64,000 nt of DNA from Chloroflexota bacterium (GTDB lineage Bacteria; Chloroflexota; Anaerolineae; Anaerolineales; UBA4823), in NCBI GenBank assembly GCA_029782365.1, contig JAKOUW010000096.1, positions 298,467-362,466 of the forward strand, given 5' to 3'. Made by a program: the position numbers and the translations under genes. The notes under the pieces were generated by a model. It saw only the letters and a list, made by a program, of their open reading frames with translations, was not told the origin of the DNA and made no database searches. Below are positions 50,641 through 60,071 of this stretch, one piece after another (position 1 is the first letter of the stretch; each line of letters opens with the position of its first letter).

Positions 50641-51497
50641 TGACTGAACCGTTGATCTTCGAACATCTAACGCGTGTCGCTCCATTGGGCTTACGTTTTT
50701 GGGATAGCGCATCCGGGCAGTTCATCTCAGATGGGCTCTTCGTCCAGGCAGTACCCAAGTTGCCATCTGGCGTTTACTTAGGTGCTCCTGTCCAGGCCAA
50801 CGCAAACCGCTCTGGTGTGTTTGTATTCAACCACATGCCAGGTTTGCAGGTCAGCGAGTTCGGCTCTGGCGACCAGGAATATTGGCAAACACCTCCCGCC
50901 AAAAAAGATTACACCATAACCGTATTGGACACACTCTTCAGGTTCCTGCCCTTTACGTTTGATGTTCAGGCGCCTGCTAAGAAAATCCTGGCCTTTGCTT
51001 GTTCAAATGGCAAACCCACACCTCTGCCGGACAAACAACCTTCTGGCAGTATTCCGTTGTATTCTGCGCCTGGGCGGTCTGTGCCAGGGGGCTGCGCAGT
51101 CATCCGGGCCTCCCTGGCGCGCAACCCTTTAAATCCCCTGCCGGCTGCCTGGGCTGTCGTAGAAGCCTATGTGGAAGGAGCCCTGGTTTGCCGCGGCCTT
51201 TCAGACGCCAAAGGCCAACTGGCCCTTTACTTTCCTTACCCCAAATTTGTACTGCCGAACCCGATGAGTAACCGTCCGCCGCTCACTCAGGCGACATGGC
51301 CAGTGGATATCCTGGTATTCTCGAGTCTGAGCCCACCATCGAGCAGCCCGCAAAACCTGTGTACGTTGTATGCACAGCCAGCCGCCAACCCGCTCAGGCA
51401 AGTCTCACCGGATCTGCCTTTACAGAAGCAAAACCTGGCCTACGGCCTGGAACTGGTAATCCAAACCCAGGACAAATCCGAATTATTCATTAGCTAA
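50637..51497 (+). CDS. Hypothetical protein within the eCIS operon (Pro/Ala-rich)
   Basis: ATGA overlap with the cap gene. No recognised domain. Confidence 0.55.
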   Translation: MMTEPLIFEHLTRVAPLGLRFWDSASGQFISDGLFVQAVPKLPSGVYLGAPVQANANRSGVFVFNHMPGLQVSEFGSGDQEYWQTPPAKKDYTITVLDTLFRFLPFTFDVQAPAKKILAFACSNGKPTPLPDKQPSGSIPLYSAPGRSVPGGCAVIRASLARNPLNPLPAAWAVVEAYVEGALVCRGLSDAKGQLALYFPYPKFVLPNPMSNRPPLTQATWPVDILVFSSLSPPSSSPQNLCTLYAQPAANPLRQVSPDLPLQKQNLAYGLELVIQTQDKSELFIS

Positions 51498-51514
51498 TCG
51501 ATCTGGAGGTTCAA

Positions 51515-53377
51515 ATGCCCGAATATTTATCCCCCGGTGTATACGTCGAAGAGGTTTCCTTCCGGAGTAAATCCATTGAAGGCGTCAGCACCACCACAAC
51601 TGGTTTTGTCGGTCCAGCCAGATTCGGCCCGGTCGACATCCTCCCAGATATCCTCACTAGCCTGGGAGATTTTGAGCGCACCTACGGCGACGGCCAACAA
51701 CTCACATTTGGCACTGGCACAGTCGTTGATAATTTCCTTTGGCATGCGGTGCGCGCCTTTTTCGAGGAAGGCGGAAAGAGGCTGTACATCTCACGCATCT
51801 TCAAGGTGAAATCCGGCGATACTGCCAATGGCATCGCCAGCGCCAAGGTGCCGTCTGCCGGGACAGATGCGCAAAAAATCGTCATGACTGCGCGTTTTCC
51901 TGGCTCGGGCGGCAATGTCCGTGTGAAATATTCGTTAAAGATCGGCCAAAACATCCTCACCAGTGCCGGGTTGAAATCTGTTGGTGATGGCGACATGGTT
52001 TGGGTTGGCAAAGGCAATGCCGGTAATCCACCTACCACTGGTGATTTCGAGAAGATTGTTTTCGACACAGTATCCCAAACTTATAAAATAAAAACATTTG
52101 CAGGCGCTGACACAACAGTTTCTTTCGCGTCCAAAGATGAAGTGCGCATTGTGACATTGACGGTTACCGTCACGCTGACTGATAATACACAGCTTGTTTT
52201 TGCTGGCCTGGCATGCGAGCCATCTCATAACAAAGGCGGGCAGGGTGATTCGCTCACTGCATATTTTGCTTCAATTCCGGCCAATGCATCACTGGCTCGC
52301 ACCTTGCCCCTGGTGATCACTGCCGGCACATCGTTGACCAACGGATTGTTAATAGCACAAGCCCTGTTCAGCGCAACCAGCGTGATAACAAGTAACGCCG
52401 CCATCCCAATCCCCGCAAATTTCACCTACGACTCAGCTGAAACGCTCCTTTCCGGCGGGAACGACGGCGACCGGCCAACCTCCACAGAATATGTTGGCAC
52501 AGCTAACGATACCACCGCCACCAAAACTGGCTTGAAAGCCTTCGAGGACCTGGAAGATATTTCCATTGTTGCTGCTCCAGGTTCAACCTTTGGCTATGAC
52601 AGCGGGGCAACCCAGCAAGCTGATTCAACTGCGACCATCAACGCGTTGATCACCCATACAACCAATATGCGTTACCGCATCGCAGTACTCGATAGTGGCA
52701 ATGGTCAGGCTGTCGCCGCTGTGCGTGCCATGCGCGCTCAATTCGACTCAAAATATGCCGCACTATACTATCCCTGGGTGCGTGTTCTAGATCCGATCAC
52801 GCGCAAAGAAATCTATTTACCTCCCAGCGGCTTTGTTGCAGGCATTTATGCTCGCAACGACATCGAGCGGGGGGTGATCAAAGCGCCGGCCAATGAAGTC
52901 GTTAATACCGCCCTAGGTTTCGAAGTCAATCTGAACAAAGGCCAGCAGGATGTGCTGAACCCCGAAGGCATAAACTGTTTCCGCTTCTTCGAGGGGCGCG
53001 GCAACCGCCTGTGGGGTGCTCGTACTATTTCATCCGATCCCGAATGGAAATACGTAAACCTGCGCCGTTACTTCGCCTACATCGAGCGTTCTATCGACCG
53101 GGGGACCCAGTGGGCGGTTTTCGAACCGAATGGCGAACAGCTCTGGGCAAATGTGCGCTCCACTATCTATGATTTCTTATTCAACGAATGGCAAAAAGGC
53201 GCTTTGTTGGGTGATAAACCTGAAAAAGCATTCTTCGTACGCTGCGACCGCTCGACCATGACCCAAAACGATCTTGACAATGGTCGCCTGGTTTGCCTGG
53301 TGGGTATTGCCCCGCTGAAACCAGCCGAATTCGTCATCTTCAAAATTGGCCAGTGGACAGCCGATTCTAAGGTTTAG
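51515..53377 (+). CDS. Contractile tail sheath protein (Afp2/3-like)
   Basis: N-terminal YLSPGVYVEEV...TGFVGPA. C-terminal sheath domain (IKAPANEV...NCFRFFEGRGNRLWGARTIS). GGAGG RBS. Confidence 0.9.
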   Translation: MPEYLSPGVYVEEVSFRSKSIEGVSTTTTGFVGPARFGPVDILPDILTSLGDFERTYGDGQQLTFGTGTVVDNFLWHAVRAFFEEGGKRLYISRIFKVKSGDTANGIASAKVPSAGTDAQKIVMTARFPGSGGNVRVKYSLKIGQNILTSAGLKSVGDGDMVWVGKGNAGNPPTTGDFEKIVFDTVSQTYKIKTFAGADTTVSFASKDEVRIVTLTVTVTLTDNTQLVFAGLACEPSHNKGGQGDSLTAYFASIPANASLARTLPLVITAGTSLTNGLLIAQALFSATSVITSNAAIPIPANFTYDSAETLLSGGNDGDRPTSTEYVGTANDTTATKTGLKAFEDLEDISIVAAPGSTFGYDSGATQQADSTATINALITHTTNMRYRIAVLDSGNGQAVAAVRAMRAQFDSKYAALYYPWVRVLDPITRKEIYLPPSGFVAGIYARNDIERGVIKAPANEVVNTALGFEVNLNKGQQDVLNPEGINCFRFFEGRGNRLWGARTISSDPEWKYVNLRRYFAYIERSIDRGTQWAVFEPNGEQLWANVRSTIYDFLFNEWQKGALLGDKPEKAFFVRCDRSTMTQNDLDNGRLVCLVGIAPLKPAEFVIFKIGQWTADSKV

Positions 53378-53387
53378 GAGGTAAATC

Positions 53388-53840
53388 ATGGCAGTCTTGC
53401 GTGACCGTCCGTATGTTCAATTCAATTTTCTGGTGGATTTAGGCACCGGAAATACCGAAGGGCCCCAAGCTGGTTTTCAAGAGCTTTCTGGGGTTGGCAT
53501 GGAAGTTACAGTTTCAGAATACCGCCCTGGAAATTCGCGTGAAAATAGTGTGATGAAAATTACAGGCCTTAATAAAGCCAGCGACGTGACTCTGAAACGC
53601 GGTGTAATTGGCTCGTTAGATTTGTATGCCTGGTTGGACCAGATTCGTAACGGCGACCAATCAGCCCTGCGCACGGTGACGATCAAATTGATGAGCGAAG
53701 ATCATACCAGCGTAGTCCAGACCTGGAAACTGCTGCGCGCCCGCATTACAAAACACACCAGCGGCCCATTTAACGCCAAGGGCACCGATGTAGCCATGGA
53801 GGAATTGGTGCTGGCTTACGAGAGGTTGGAGATGGAGTAG
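53388..53840 (+). CDS. Tail tube protein (T4 gp19 / Afp1-like)
   Basis: 150 aa. VQFNFLVDLG tube-family N-terminus. AGGAGG RBS. Confidence 0.85.
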   Translation: MAVLRDRPYVQFNFLVDLGTGNTEGPQAGFQELSGVGMEVTVSEYRPGNSRENSVMKITGLNKASDVTLKRGVIGSLDLYAWLDQIRNGDQSALRTVTIKLMSEDHTSVVQTWKLLRARITKHTSGPFNAKGTDVAMEELVLAYERLEME

Positions 53841-53843
53841 CAG

Positions 53844-56800
53844 ATGCCGGGTTTATCGAGCGCCGAAAACAGCTTGCAGTACCTGCCTGGGGGCGTCTCG
53901 CGCCTGCCTGGTATCCGTTTTGAGACGGTGCCTGCTCGTCAGCCGGCTGTTTTGCCACGCATGGATATCCCGGTGTTCGTGGGGTTTGCAGGGCGCGGCC
54001 CGCTCCATATTCCTGTCCCGCTCAAGGATTCGGCTGAGTTCAGCGAGATATTCGGCCCAGACCAGCCGCTCGCCTGGGACACTCAACGCGGTCGCCAGGA
54101 GTATGCCTATCTTGGACCAAGTGTGCGCTCTTTTTTCCAGAACGGTGGCGTGCGCTGTTGGGTGGTGCGTGTCGCGGACGAGTATAAAGCACATACAGCC
54201 TTCTATCCACTGCCAGGCCTGGCTGTCTTCGATGGCGCCGCTCTCTCCCCGGCTTTTGCCCCGGCGCGCTCCCCTGGTTCTTGGGGGGAAGCCCTGCAGG
54301 TCAGCACAGCGCTCGCCAGCCAGTCATTATCGCTGACAACTTTCAACCATAACCAGGCGAAAATCGATCTGACTCTCCCCAGCCCAGGTTTTGTAATCGT
54401 CGGGGATCTGCTCCGCTTGAACTATGATCAGGATGGCTGGTTTGCGCTTTTTCCAGTCAATTCGATTGAACGGCAAGCCATCGAAAAAGCCCCCAGCCTC
54501 GATCAGGCCCGCGCAGTCACACTGACCGCCAACCAGGTATTTTGGTTTCGCCCTGCGGAAGCGCGCAAACCCGCATCCTTGAAGGCCACCATGAAGGTCT
54601 ATACGCAAAACGCTCCCATCGCTGCCTTACAGGTTACCATTCCGCAGGGTTTTTGGCCCACAGACCCGAGTTCTGCTGCCGCTTTTGACTACGCTGGTGT
54701 GCTCGACCCGGCTGTTCTCGCTGCTTCCGACCAGGGCTCTTTGCTTCAATTCTCTTTCGCCGATCACTCGATCTTCTGGATGCTGGTTTCAAGCCAGGCC
54801 GCCAATGACACACAACCCAGCCTGCCCGGCGTTGGCGAATTCGAGCGCTTCAGCGGCTACGGCGTCTGGCAAATGCCTTCACCCCCCGACCTGGCTGCAT
54901 TTAAAAACCAGTTTCCGCGGCTCGAAAAATTGACATTCGACCTCGCCGTGCGATCTGCCAATTTCGCCCCTCAACGGCTAAAAGACCTCGCCTTTGGCTC
55001 GGAACATCCGCAGTATTGGGCCGCCCTGCCCAATGACCAGGATCTTTTCACCACGCACGCTCACCTGACAACCAGCGATGCTTCGTACCCTGACTTGCTG
55101 ACGAACCCCGCCTTCCTGACAAGCGCTGCCACCACAGCCATCGATCCACATGCCGCGCTATGGCAATCGGCTGCCAGCCCTCGTTTTCCCCTGGCAGGCA
55201 GCCGCGCCGGCCTGCTCTTCTTACCTTTGTTAATCCCAGCGTTCCCCACATTTTTTGCCAACCCCAGCGAACCAGCCGGCGATGCCTTAACACGCGACGG
55301 CCTGGATTCTTTTGACGCCAGCCTGTTTCTGGATTCCGCCCTGGCTGGTCAAACCAACGCCGCGCTCCTGGATATCGCCGATAGCTTGCGCTACTTGCAA
55401 GCCAATCCTCGGCCTTTGCGCGGTATTTTCGCCGCTCTTTCTGTCAGCGAAGCCACCGTTGTCTGCGTGCCGGATGCAGTTCACAACCGCTGGGAGAAGG
55501 GTTTGCTCGATCCAATGCCCCCACCTCAGCCATCTCCCCCGCCAGAAAGGCCGGTCTGGTGGCGTTTCTTGCCGTGCAATCCGCGCCCCCACTCCTTCCC
55601 CCGCACCAGCCAGCCAGAATGGGGCCAGTTTTTACGCTGCGGTTTGCGGATTATACCCGCTCCGGTGCTATCCATAACCCAGCCAGACCAATCCGGCACG
55701 TTTACCCTGTCTTGGACGAAAGTGGTTGATGTGGACCGCTATGTAGTGGATGAATCGCCTTATCCAGATTTTCGTTCATTTCACACAATTTATGATGGCC
55801 CAGACACAGGCCTGACATTGTTTGGCTATATCGAGGGTGATTATTATTTCCGCCTGCGCGCAGAGGCAGATGCTAAACCGGATGGCTTGGTAGAGACCAG
55901 CGATTACTCAAATTCTGTTGGCTTGCGGATTTCTCCTGACGCTTCTTTCTTGCTCTGGGAAGATAATCTCTACACCCCAAACACCCTGCTGGCTGTTCAT
56001 CGCTGCCTCTTGCGCCTATGTTCTGCGCGTGGCGATCTTTTTGCCTTGCTCAGTCTGCCTCGTCACTTCCGCTCTGCACCAGCCATCGCCTGCTCTCAGG
56101 CCCTGCGTTCACCCCTGGACCAGATCCTTACGGTGAATATTCCAAACATCGAGATGTCCGGTTCGTTGTCAGCCGTTGATATTTTGCCGATCTCTTACGG
56201 TGAAGCTGGCTGCCTGGCTTTTGGCGCCCTTTACCATCCCTGGGTGGTAACCATCGATGGACAGTCTCAAGAGGTGCGCATAATTCCACCAGATGGACCG
56301 GCAGCAGGGGTGCTTGCCCACCGCAGTTTGCAGCGCGGCGCATGGATTGCCCCAGCCAACGAGAAATTGCATGGTGTGGTTGGTTTACAACCGGTTATCT
56401 CTGCAGATGATTGGCTTGACATCCAAGAGGCGCACATAAACCTCTTTCGTGATGAAGCCCAGGGTTACCTCTCACTCTCTGCCAATACGCTCAGCGCGGA
56501 TCCGGATTGGATCCTAATCAACGTGCGGCGCCTGATCTCCTTGCTCCGCAGACTGGCGCTGCGCTATGGCCCAAATTATGTATTCGAGCCGAACAGCCCT
56601 GCATTTCGGCGCACCGTCCAGCGTGAGTTTAGCGCCATAATGGGGTTGATGCTCGCTCGCGGCGCTTTTGCCGGCGACACGCCGGAGACTTCCTTTCAGG
56701 TCAATGTCAGCGCCCTGCCGCAAGATATCGACGCCGGCCGACTGGTGATCGAGCTGCGCGTTGCCCCTTCTGTTCCTATGCGGTTTATTCTGGTGCGCCT

Positions 56801-56867
56801 CGTGCAGTCTGGCGACCAGAGTGCGATCACCGAAGCCAGCGCAGTGCTCGGCGCAGCGGGAGGTTGA
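53844..56867 (+). CDS. Large tail sheath paralog (Afp4-like) with internal FN3-like and proline-rich insertions
   Basis: N-terminus (LPGGVSRLPGIRFETVP...DIPVFVGFAGRGP) and C-terminus (IAPANEKLHGVVG...INLFRDEAQGYLSLSANTLSADPDWILINVRRLISLLRRLA) parallel the upstream sheath protein. The middle contains FTLSWTKVVDVDRYVVDESPYPDFRSFHTIYDGPDTG...YYFRLRA (FN3-like). Confidence 0.75.
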   Translation: MPGLSSAENSLQYLPGGVSRLPGIRFETVPARQPAVLPRMDIPVFVGFAGRGPLHIPVPLKDSAEFSEIFGPDQPLAWDTQRGRQEYAYLGPSVRSFFQNGGVRCWVVRVADEYKAHTAFYPLPGLAVFDGAALSPAFAPARSPGSWGEALQVSTALASQSLSLTTFNHNQAKIDLTLPSPGFVIVGDLLRLNYDQDGWFALFPVNSIERQAIEKAPSLDQARAVTLTANQVFWFRPAEARKPASLKATMKVYTQNAPIAALQVTIPQGFWPTDPSSAAAFDYAGVLDPAVLAASDQGSLLQFSFADHSIFWMLVSSQAANDTQPSLPGVGEFERFSGYGVWQMPSPPDLAAFKNQFPRLEKLTFDLAVRSANFAPQRLKDLAFGSEHPQYWAALPNDQDLFTTHAHLTTSDASYPDLLTNPAFLTSAATTAIDPHAALWQSAASPRFPLAGSRAGLLFLPLLIPAFPTFFANPSEPAGDALTRDGLDSFDASLFLDSALAGQTNAALLDIADSLRYLQANPRPLRGIFAALSVSEATVVCVPDAVHNRWEKGLLDPMPPPQPSPPPERPVWWRFLPCNPRPHSFPRTSQPEWGQFLRCGLRIIPAPVLSITQPDQSGTFTLSWTKVVDVDRYVVDESPYPDFRSFHTIYDGPDTGLTLFGYIEGDYYFRLRAEADAKPDGLVETSDYSNSVGLRISPDASFLLWEDNLYTPNTLLAVHRCLLRLCSARGDLFALLSLPRHFRSAPAIACSQALRSPLDQILTVNIPNIEMSGSLSAVDILPISYGEAGCLAFGALYHPWVVTIDGQSQEVRIIPPDGPAAGVLAHRSLQRGAWIAPANEKLHGVVGLQPVISADDWLDIQEAHINLFRDEAQGYLSLSANTLSADPDWILINVRRLISLLRRLALRYGPNYVFEPNSPAFRRTVQREFSAIMGLMLARGAFAGDTPETSFQVNVSALPQDIDAGRLVIELRVAPSVPMRFILVRLVQSGDQSAITEASAVLGAAGG

Positions 56868-56871
56868 GGCA

Positions 56872-57339
56872 GTGACAGATTTTGGTTATCCATTCACCAA
56901 TTTCAACTTTTCCGTGGAAATCTCCGTCCCCGGTCTAAAAGGCTTGCTGTGCAAAGCATCTTTCTCCGACTGTGATGGCCTGGAAATGAGCATGGACGTC
57001 AAAACCATCCGCGAAGGCGGCAACAACAATCACCAATTGCGTTTCAGCGGCCCCACGAATTTTGCCACCCTCACTTTGAAGCGCGGTATGACCACCGACG
57101 ATTTTGATCTCTGGAAATGGTTTTCCAGCGTGCAGTCCGATCCTTCGCTGCGCGCTTCCGCTGAAGTGGTGATTTTTGCCGCCGACGGAGCTACTGAGCG
57201 CGCCCGTTTTATCCTGGAGCGCTGTTTACCAGTGAAACTGAAAGCCCCGACTTTAAATGGTAAGGACGCGGCAGTCGCTATTGAAGAGCTGCAAATTGCC
57301 TACGAAGGATTGAGCATCAAACCCGGAGGTACAGGATGA
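56872..57339 (+). CDS. Second tail tube protein (Afp5-like), GTG start
   Basis: FTNFNFSVEISVPG tube motif. GGGAGG RBS 8 nt upstream of GTG 56872. The longer ORF from 56761 overlaps the preceding gene. Confidence 0.8.
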   Translation: MTDFGYPFTNFNFSVEISVPGLKGLLCKASFSDCDGLEMSMDVKTIREGGNNNHQLRFSGPTNFATLTLKRGMTTDDFDLWKWFSSVQSDPSLRASAEVVIFAADGATERARFILERCLPVKLKAPTLNGKDAAVAIEELQIAYEGLSIKPGGTG

Positions 57340-58073
57340 CAACCGCCGCCAAACTTGAAAAAGCCAGGTTGATCGAGATGGAGGCTGATTTTGCCAATCC
57401 TAAGAGTGGCGGCAAGACAACCATCGTGCAGTTCAACCCCGAATCCCTCAAAGTGACCTTTGCCAACCAGCTTGTTCAGCCGGGCAACGGTGGAGCCAAC
57501 GGTACGGGCGACCAGAGCAACCAGGCCGGGCGGCAGTTCGTCGGCGCAGGTACAACCAAGCTGGCCCTCCAATTATGGTTTGATGTTGGTTCGCAAGATG
57601 CAGACAGCGGGGACCGCAAAGCGGACGTGCGTGACTTAACGAAGGATGTAGCCTTCTTTATCACACCCAAGCAAGAAGGTTCAAATTACCTGCCGCCAGC
57701 CGTGCGATTTTCATGGGGCTCATTTCATTTCGATGGGTACTTCGACTCCCTCGAGGAAAACCTGGATTTCTTTTCCACCGATGGCATTCCTCTGCGCGCC
57801 AGCATGAGCGTGAATATGAGCCAACAAAAAATTCAAGAATTCAGCGGCAGCGGCGGCTCGCTCAATGCGCCGCCAGGAGCACCCGGTTTTTCCAAAGGTG
57901 GGCTGGGCACATCTCCATTGGCCGCCGCTCGTTCTGGCGCTTCACTGCAGAGCATGGTGTCGGCTGGACAGGATTGGAAAAGTATTGCCTCCGCCAACAA
58001 TATAGAAAATCCACGTTCTTTAGATCCCGGCCAGTGGATTAATCTCAATCTTCGCTCTGGCTCGAGCGGATAA
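57336..58073 (+). CDS. Tube-initiator/baseplate protein with C-terminal LysM domain (Afp7/Pvc7-like)
   Basis: Tube-like N-domain (TTIVQFNPESLKVTF...LALQLWFD). C-terminal LysM (DWKSIASANNIENPRSLDPGQWINL). ATGA coupling to tube gene. GGAGG RBS. Confidence 0.8.
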   Translation: MTTAAKLEKARLIEMEADFANPKSGGKTTIVQFNPESLKVTFANQLVQPGNGGANGTGDQSNQAGRQFVGAGTTKLALQLWFDVGSQDADSGDRKADVRDLTKDVAFFITPKQEGSNYLPPAVRFSWGSFHFDGYFDSLEENLDFFSTDGIPLRASMSVNMSQQKIQEFSGSGGSLNAPPGAPGFSKGGLGTSPLAAARSGASLQSMVSAGQDWKSIASANNIENPRSLDPGQWINLNLRSGSSG

Positions 58074-58083
58074 AGGAAAAATT

Positions 58084-58251
58084 ATGCCAGTCGTGATTAA
58101 TACAGTTGAAGTTACACCAGAACAACCCCGCAGCGCCATTCCCGAGCCCGCCGCCGGGCAAACAAATGCACCGGTGAAGCCTTCTCCTGAAGAAATTCGC
58201 CGCCAATTGGAATTGATCGCCAGCCGCCTGACGCGCTTGCAAGCTCATTGA
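58084..58251 (+). CDS. Small 55-aa ORF (MPVVINTVEVTPEQPRSAIPEPAAGQTNAPVKPSPEEIRRQLELIASRLTRLQAH) between the LysM and hub genes
   Basis: AAGGA RBS. Exactly fills the inter-gene gap. Below the 60-aa cut-off of the ORF track. Possibly Afp6-like. Confidence 0.4.
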   Translation: MPVVINTVEVTPEQPRSAIPEPAAGQTNAPVKPSPEEIRRQLELIASRLTRLQAH

Positions 58252-58258
58252 GGAATTT

Positions 58259-59344
58259 ATGCCTCCTACGAATGCGGTGAACACGGTTCTCTCAGCCCGG
58301 CCGGCAGTTTCTGTCAGCGGTCAGGATAGTCCGACTGCCAGCGCAGGTCTGCTCAATCTCGAAATCATCGAGACTGTCGAAGGTCTTTTTCGCTGCGAGA
58401 TAACACTGGGTAATTGGGGCGTGGAAGATAACTCCACAGGATTTCTTTACCTGGATCGAAAGAAAATAGATTTTGGCGATGAAGTCGAGATAACAATCCC
58501 TGGCGACCAACCCGTGAAGCTGTTTACCGGCCGTGTTATGGCCATCGAGGGGAAGTATCCCGAAGGAGAGGCGCCTCAAATCACTTTCTTAGTTGAAGAT
58601 AAACTGCAAGACCTGCGCATGACCCGCCGCACACGCTCCTTTAGTGATGCAACGGATGCGTCGGTTATTCAACAAATTGCGGGAGATCATTCGCTCCAGG
58701 CCCAGGTTGACCTGTCTGGCCCAAGCCACAAAATTCTGGCACAGGTCAACCAAAGCGACCTGGCATTTTTACGCCAGCGCGCTCGCGCCCTGGCAGCAGA
58801 AATCTGGCTGGATGGCACCACCCTGCATGTGGCGCCGCGCACAAATCGCAGCGGAGCGCGCGCCAACCTGACTTATAACGCCAATCTGACCAGCTTTATC
58901 GTGCTGGCCGACCTGGCTGCCCAACGCACAGCGGTTACCGCCAGCGGTTGGGATGTCAGCGGAAAGCAAGCCGCCACCCACGAAGCAGACGATTCCGTGA
59001 TCAGCGGCGAATTAAATGGACAAAAAAGCGGTCCTGCACTGCTTTCCGAAAAACTTGGCGAGCGCAAAGAATACCTGGCTCATACGTTGCCCTTCAGCAG
59101 CGACGAAGCCACCGCGCATGCCGAAGCCTATTTTCGTCTGATGGCGCGCCGCTTCCTGACCGGCAGCGGTGTGATCCAACCCCCACCGTATTTGCATGCT
59201 GGCGATACAGCCAGGCTTTCCGGTTTAGGCGGTATTTTTTCAGGCGAGTACTATATCACCGCGGTGCGCCACATATTCAATTTATCGCATGGCTTCCGCA
59301 CGGAATTTCAGGCGGAACGACCGTTCATCAGTGCAAGCGAGTGA
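58259..59344 (+). CDS. Baseplate hub protein, phage late control gene D (gpD)-like
   Basis: GpD family-like C-terminus (FSGEYYITAVRHIFN..GFRTEFQAERP). Size and position match P2 gpD / VgrG N-domain. Confidence 0.7.
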   Translation: MPPTNAVNTVLSARPAVSVSGQDSPTASAGLLNLEIIETVEGLFRCEITLGNWGVEDNSTGFLYLDRKKIDFGDEVEITIPGDQPVKLFTGRVMAIEGKYPEGEAPQITFLVEDKLQDLRMTRRTRSFSDATDASVIQQIAGDHSLQAQVDLSGPSHKILAQVNQSDLAFLRQRARALAAEIWLDGTTLHVAPRTNRSGARANLTYNANLTSFIVLADLAAQRTAVTASGWDVSGKQAATHEADDSVISGELNGQKSGPALLSEKLGERKEYLAHTLPFSSDEATAHAEAYFRLMARRFLTGSGVIQPPPYLHAGDTARLSGLGGIFSGEYYITAVRHIFNLSHGFRTEFQAERPFISASE

Positions 59345-59348
59345 GCAG

Positions 59349-60068
59349 ATGTTAACCGAAAAATCTCCCTTCGATCAGGTTTCTGACGGCCGCCAGGCGT
59401 CTGGCCTGGGCGGCCGTTGGTACGGCGTGTTTCCAGCCCTGGTCACCGACATCAAAGACCCCGACGGCCAGGGTCGAGTCAAGATCAAACTGCCCTGGTC
59501 GCCCGACTCCAGCGGCTCAGATTATGAAGCCTGGGCTCGACTGGCCACGATGATGGCAGGCAGCAATCGCGGCTCGTGGTTTGTGCCAGATACCAATGAC
59601 GAAGTCTTGGTTGCCTTCGAGGCAGGCGACCCGAGCCGCCCGTATGTGGTTGGTGGCTTGTGGAATGGGTCAGATTCGCCGCCCCAATCCATGGACGGCG
59701 GCGGCCAGAATAACATCAAATTGCTGCGTTCGCGAAACGGCGTCAAAATTACCCTCGACGACCAGAGCGGTCAGGAGAAGTTTATAGTGGAAACGCCAGG
59801 CGGCCAGAAGATCACACTCAAAGATGGTCCAGGCGTTGTAGAAATTGTTGATAGCAATGGCAACACAATTAAGTTGGAATCCAGCGGGGTGACCATCACA
59901 GCCTCAGCGAAGATGACATTGAATGCCAGCACTTTCGAGTTGAACGCCGGTATGGTCACGGTCAATTCGGGTATGTCTCAGTTCAGCGGGGTTGTGCAGA
60001 CCCCAACGATCATTGCCACCTCCGTAGTTGGCACGACCTACACCCCCGGCGCCGGGAATATTTGGTGA
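59349..60068 (+). CDS. Baseplate spike protein (gpV/gp5 OB-fold plus beta-helix; VgrG/Afp8 C-terminal equivalent)
   Basis: Phage_base_V-like OB fold (GRWYGVFPALVTDIKDPDGQGRVKIKLPW...EVLVAFEAGDPSRPYVVGGLWNG). Beta-helical repeats (KITLDDQSG.. KITLKDGPG.. TIKLESSG..). ATG 59349 lies 4 nt after the hub stop. Confidence 0.85.
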   Translation: MLTEKSPFDQVSDGRQASGLGGRWYGVFPALVTDIKDPDGQGRVKIKLPWSPDSSGSDYEAWARLATMMAGSNRGSWFVPDTNDEVLVAFEAGDPSRPYVVGGLWNGSDSPPQSMDGGGQNNIKLLRSRNGVKITLDDQSGQEKFIVETPGGQKITLKDGPGVVEIVDSNGNTIKLESSGVTITASAKMTLNASTFELNAGMVTVNSGMSQFSGVVQTPTIIATSVVGTTYTPGAGNIW

Positions 60069-60071
60069 TCT

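Noticed and set aside
56761-56871. Longer form of the second tube gene starting at 56761
   Set aside because: It overlaps the 3' end of the large sheath gene by over 100 nt. A GTG at 56872 with a GGGAGG RBS at correct spacing gives a tube-sized 155-aa product.
59289-59349. Possibility that the gpD-like and gpV-like ORFs are one VgrG-like gene broken by a frameshift
   Set aside because: The gpD ORF terminates with a family-typical C-terminus, and the gpV ORF has its own ATG 4 nt later. The 59289-59348 extension of the second ORF has no RBS logic. Treated as two genes, with a resequencing check suggested.
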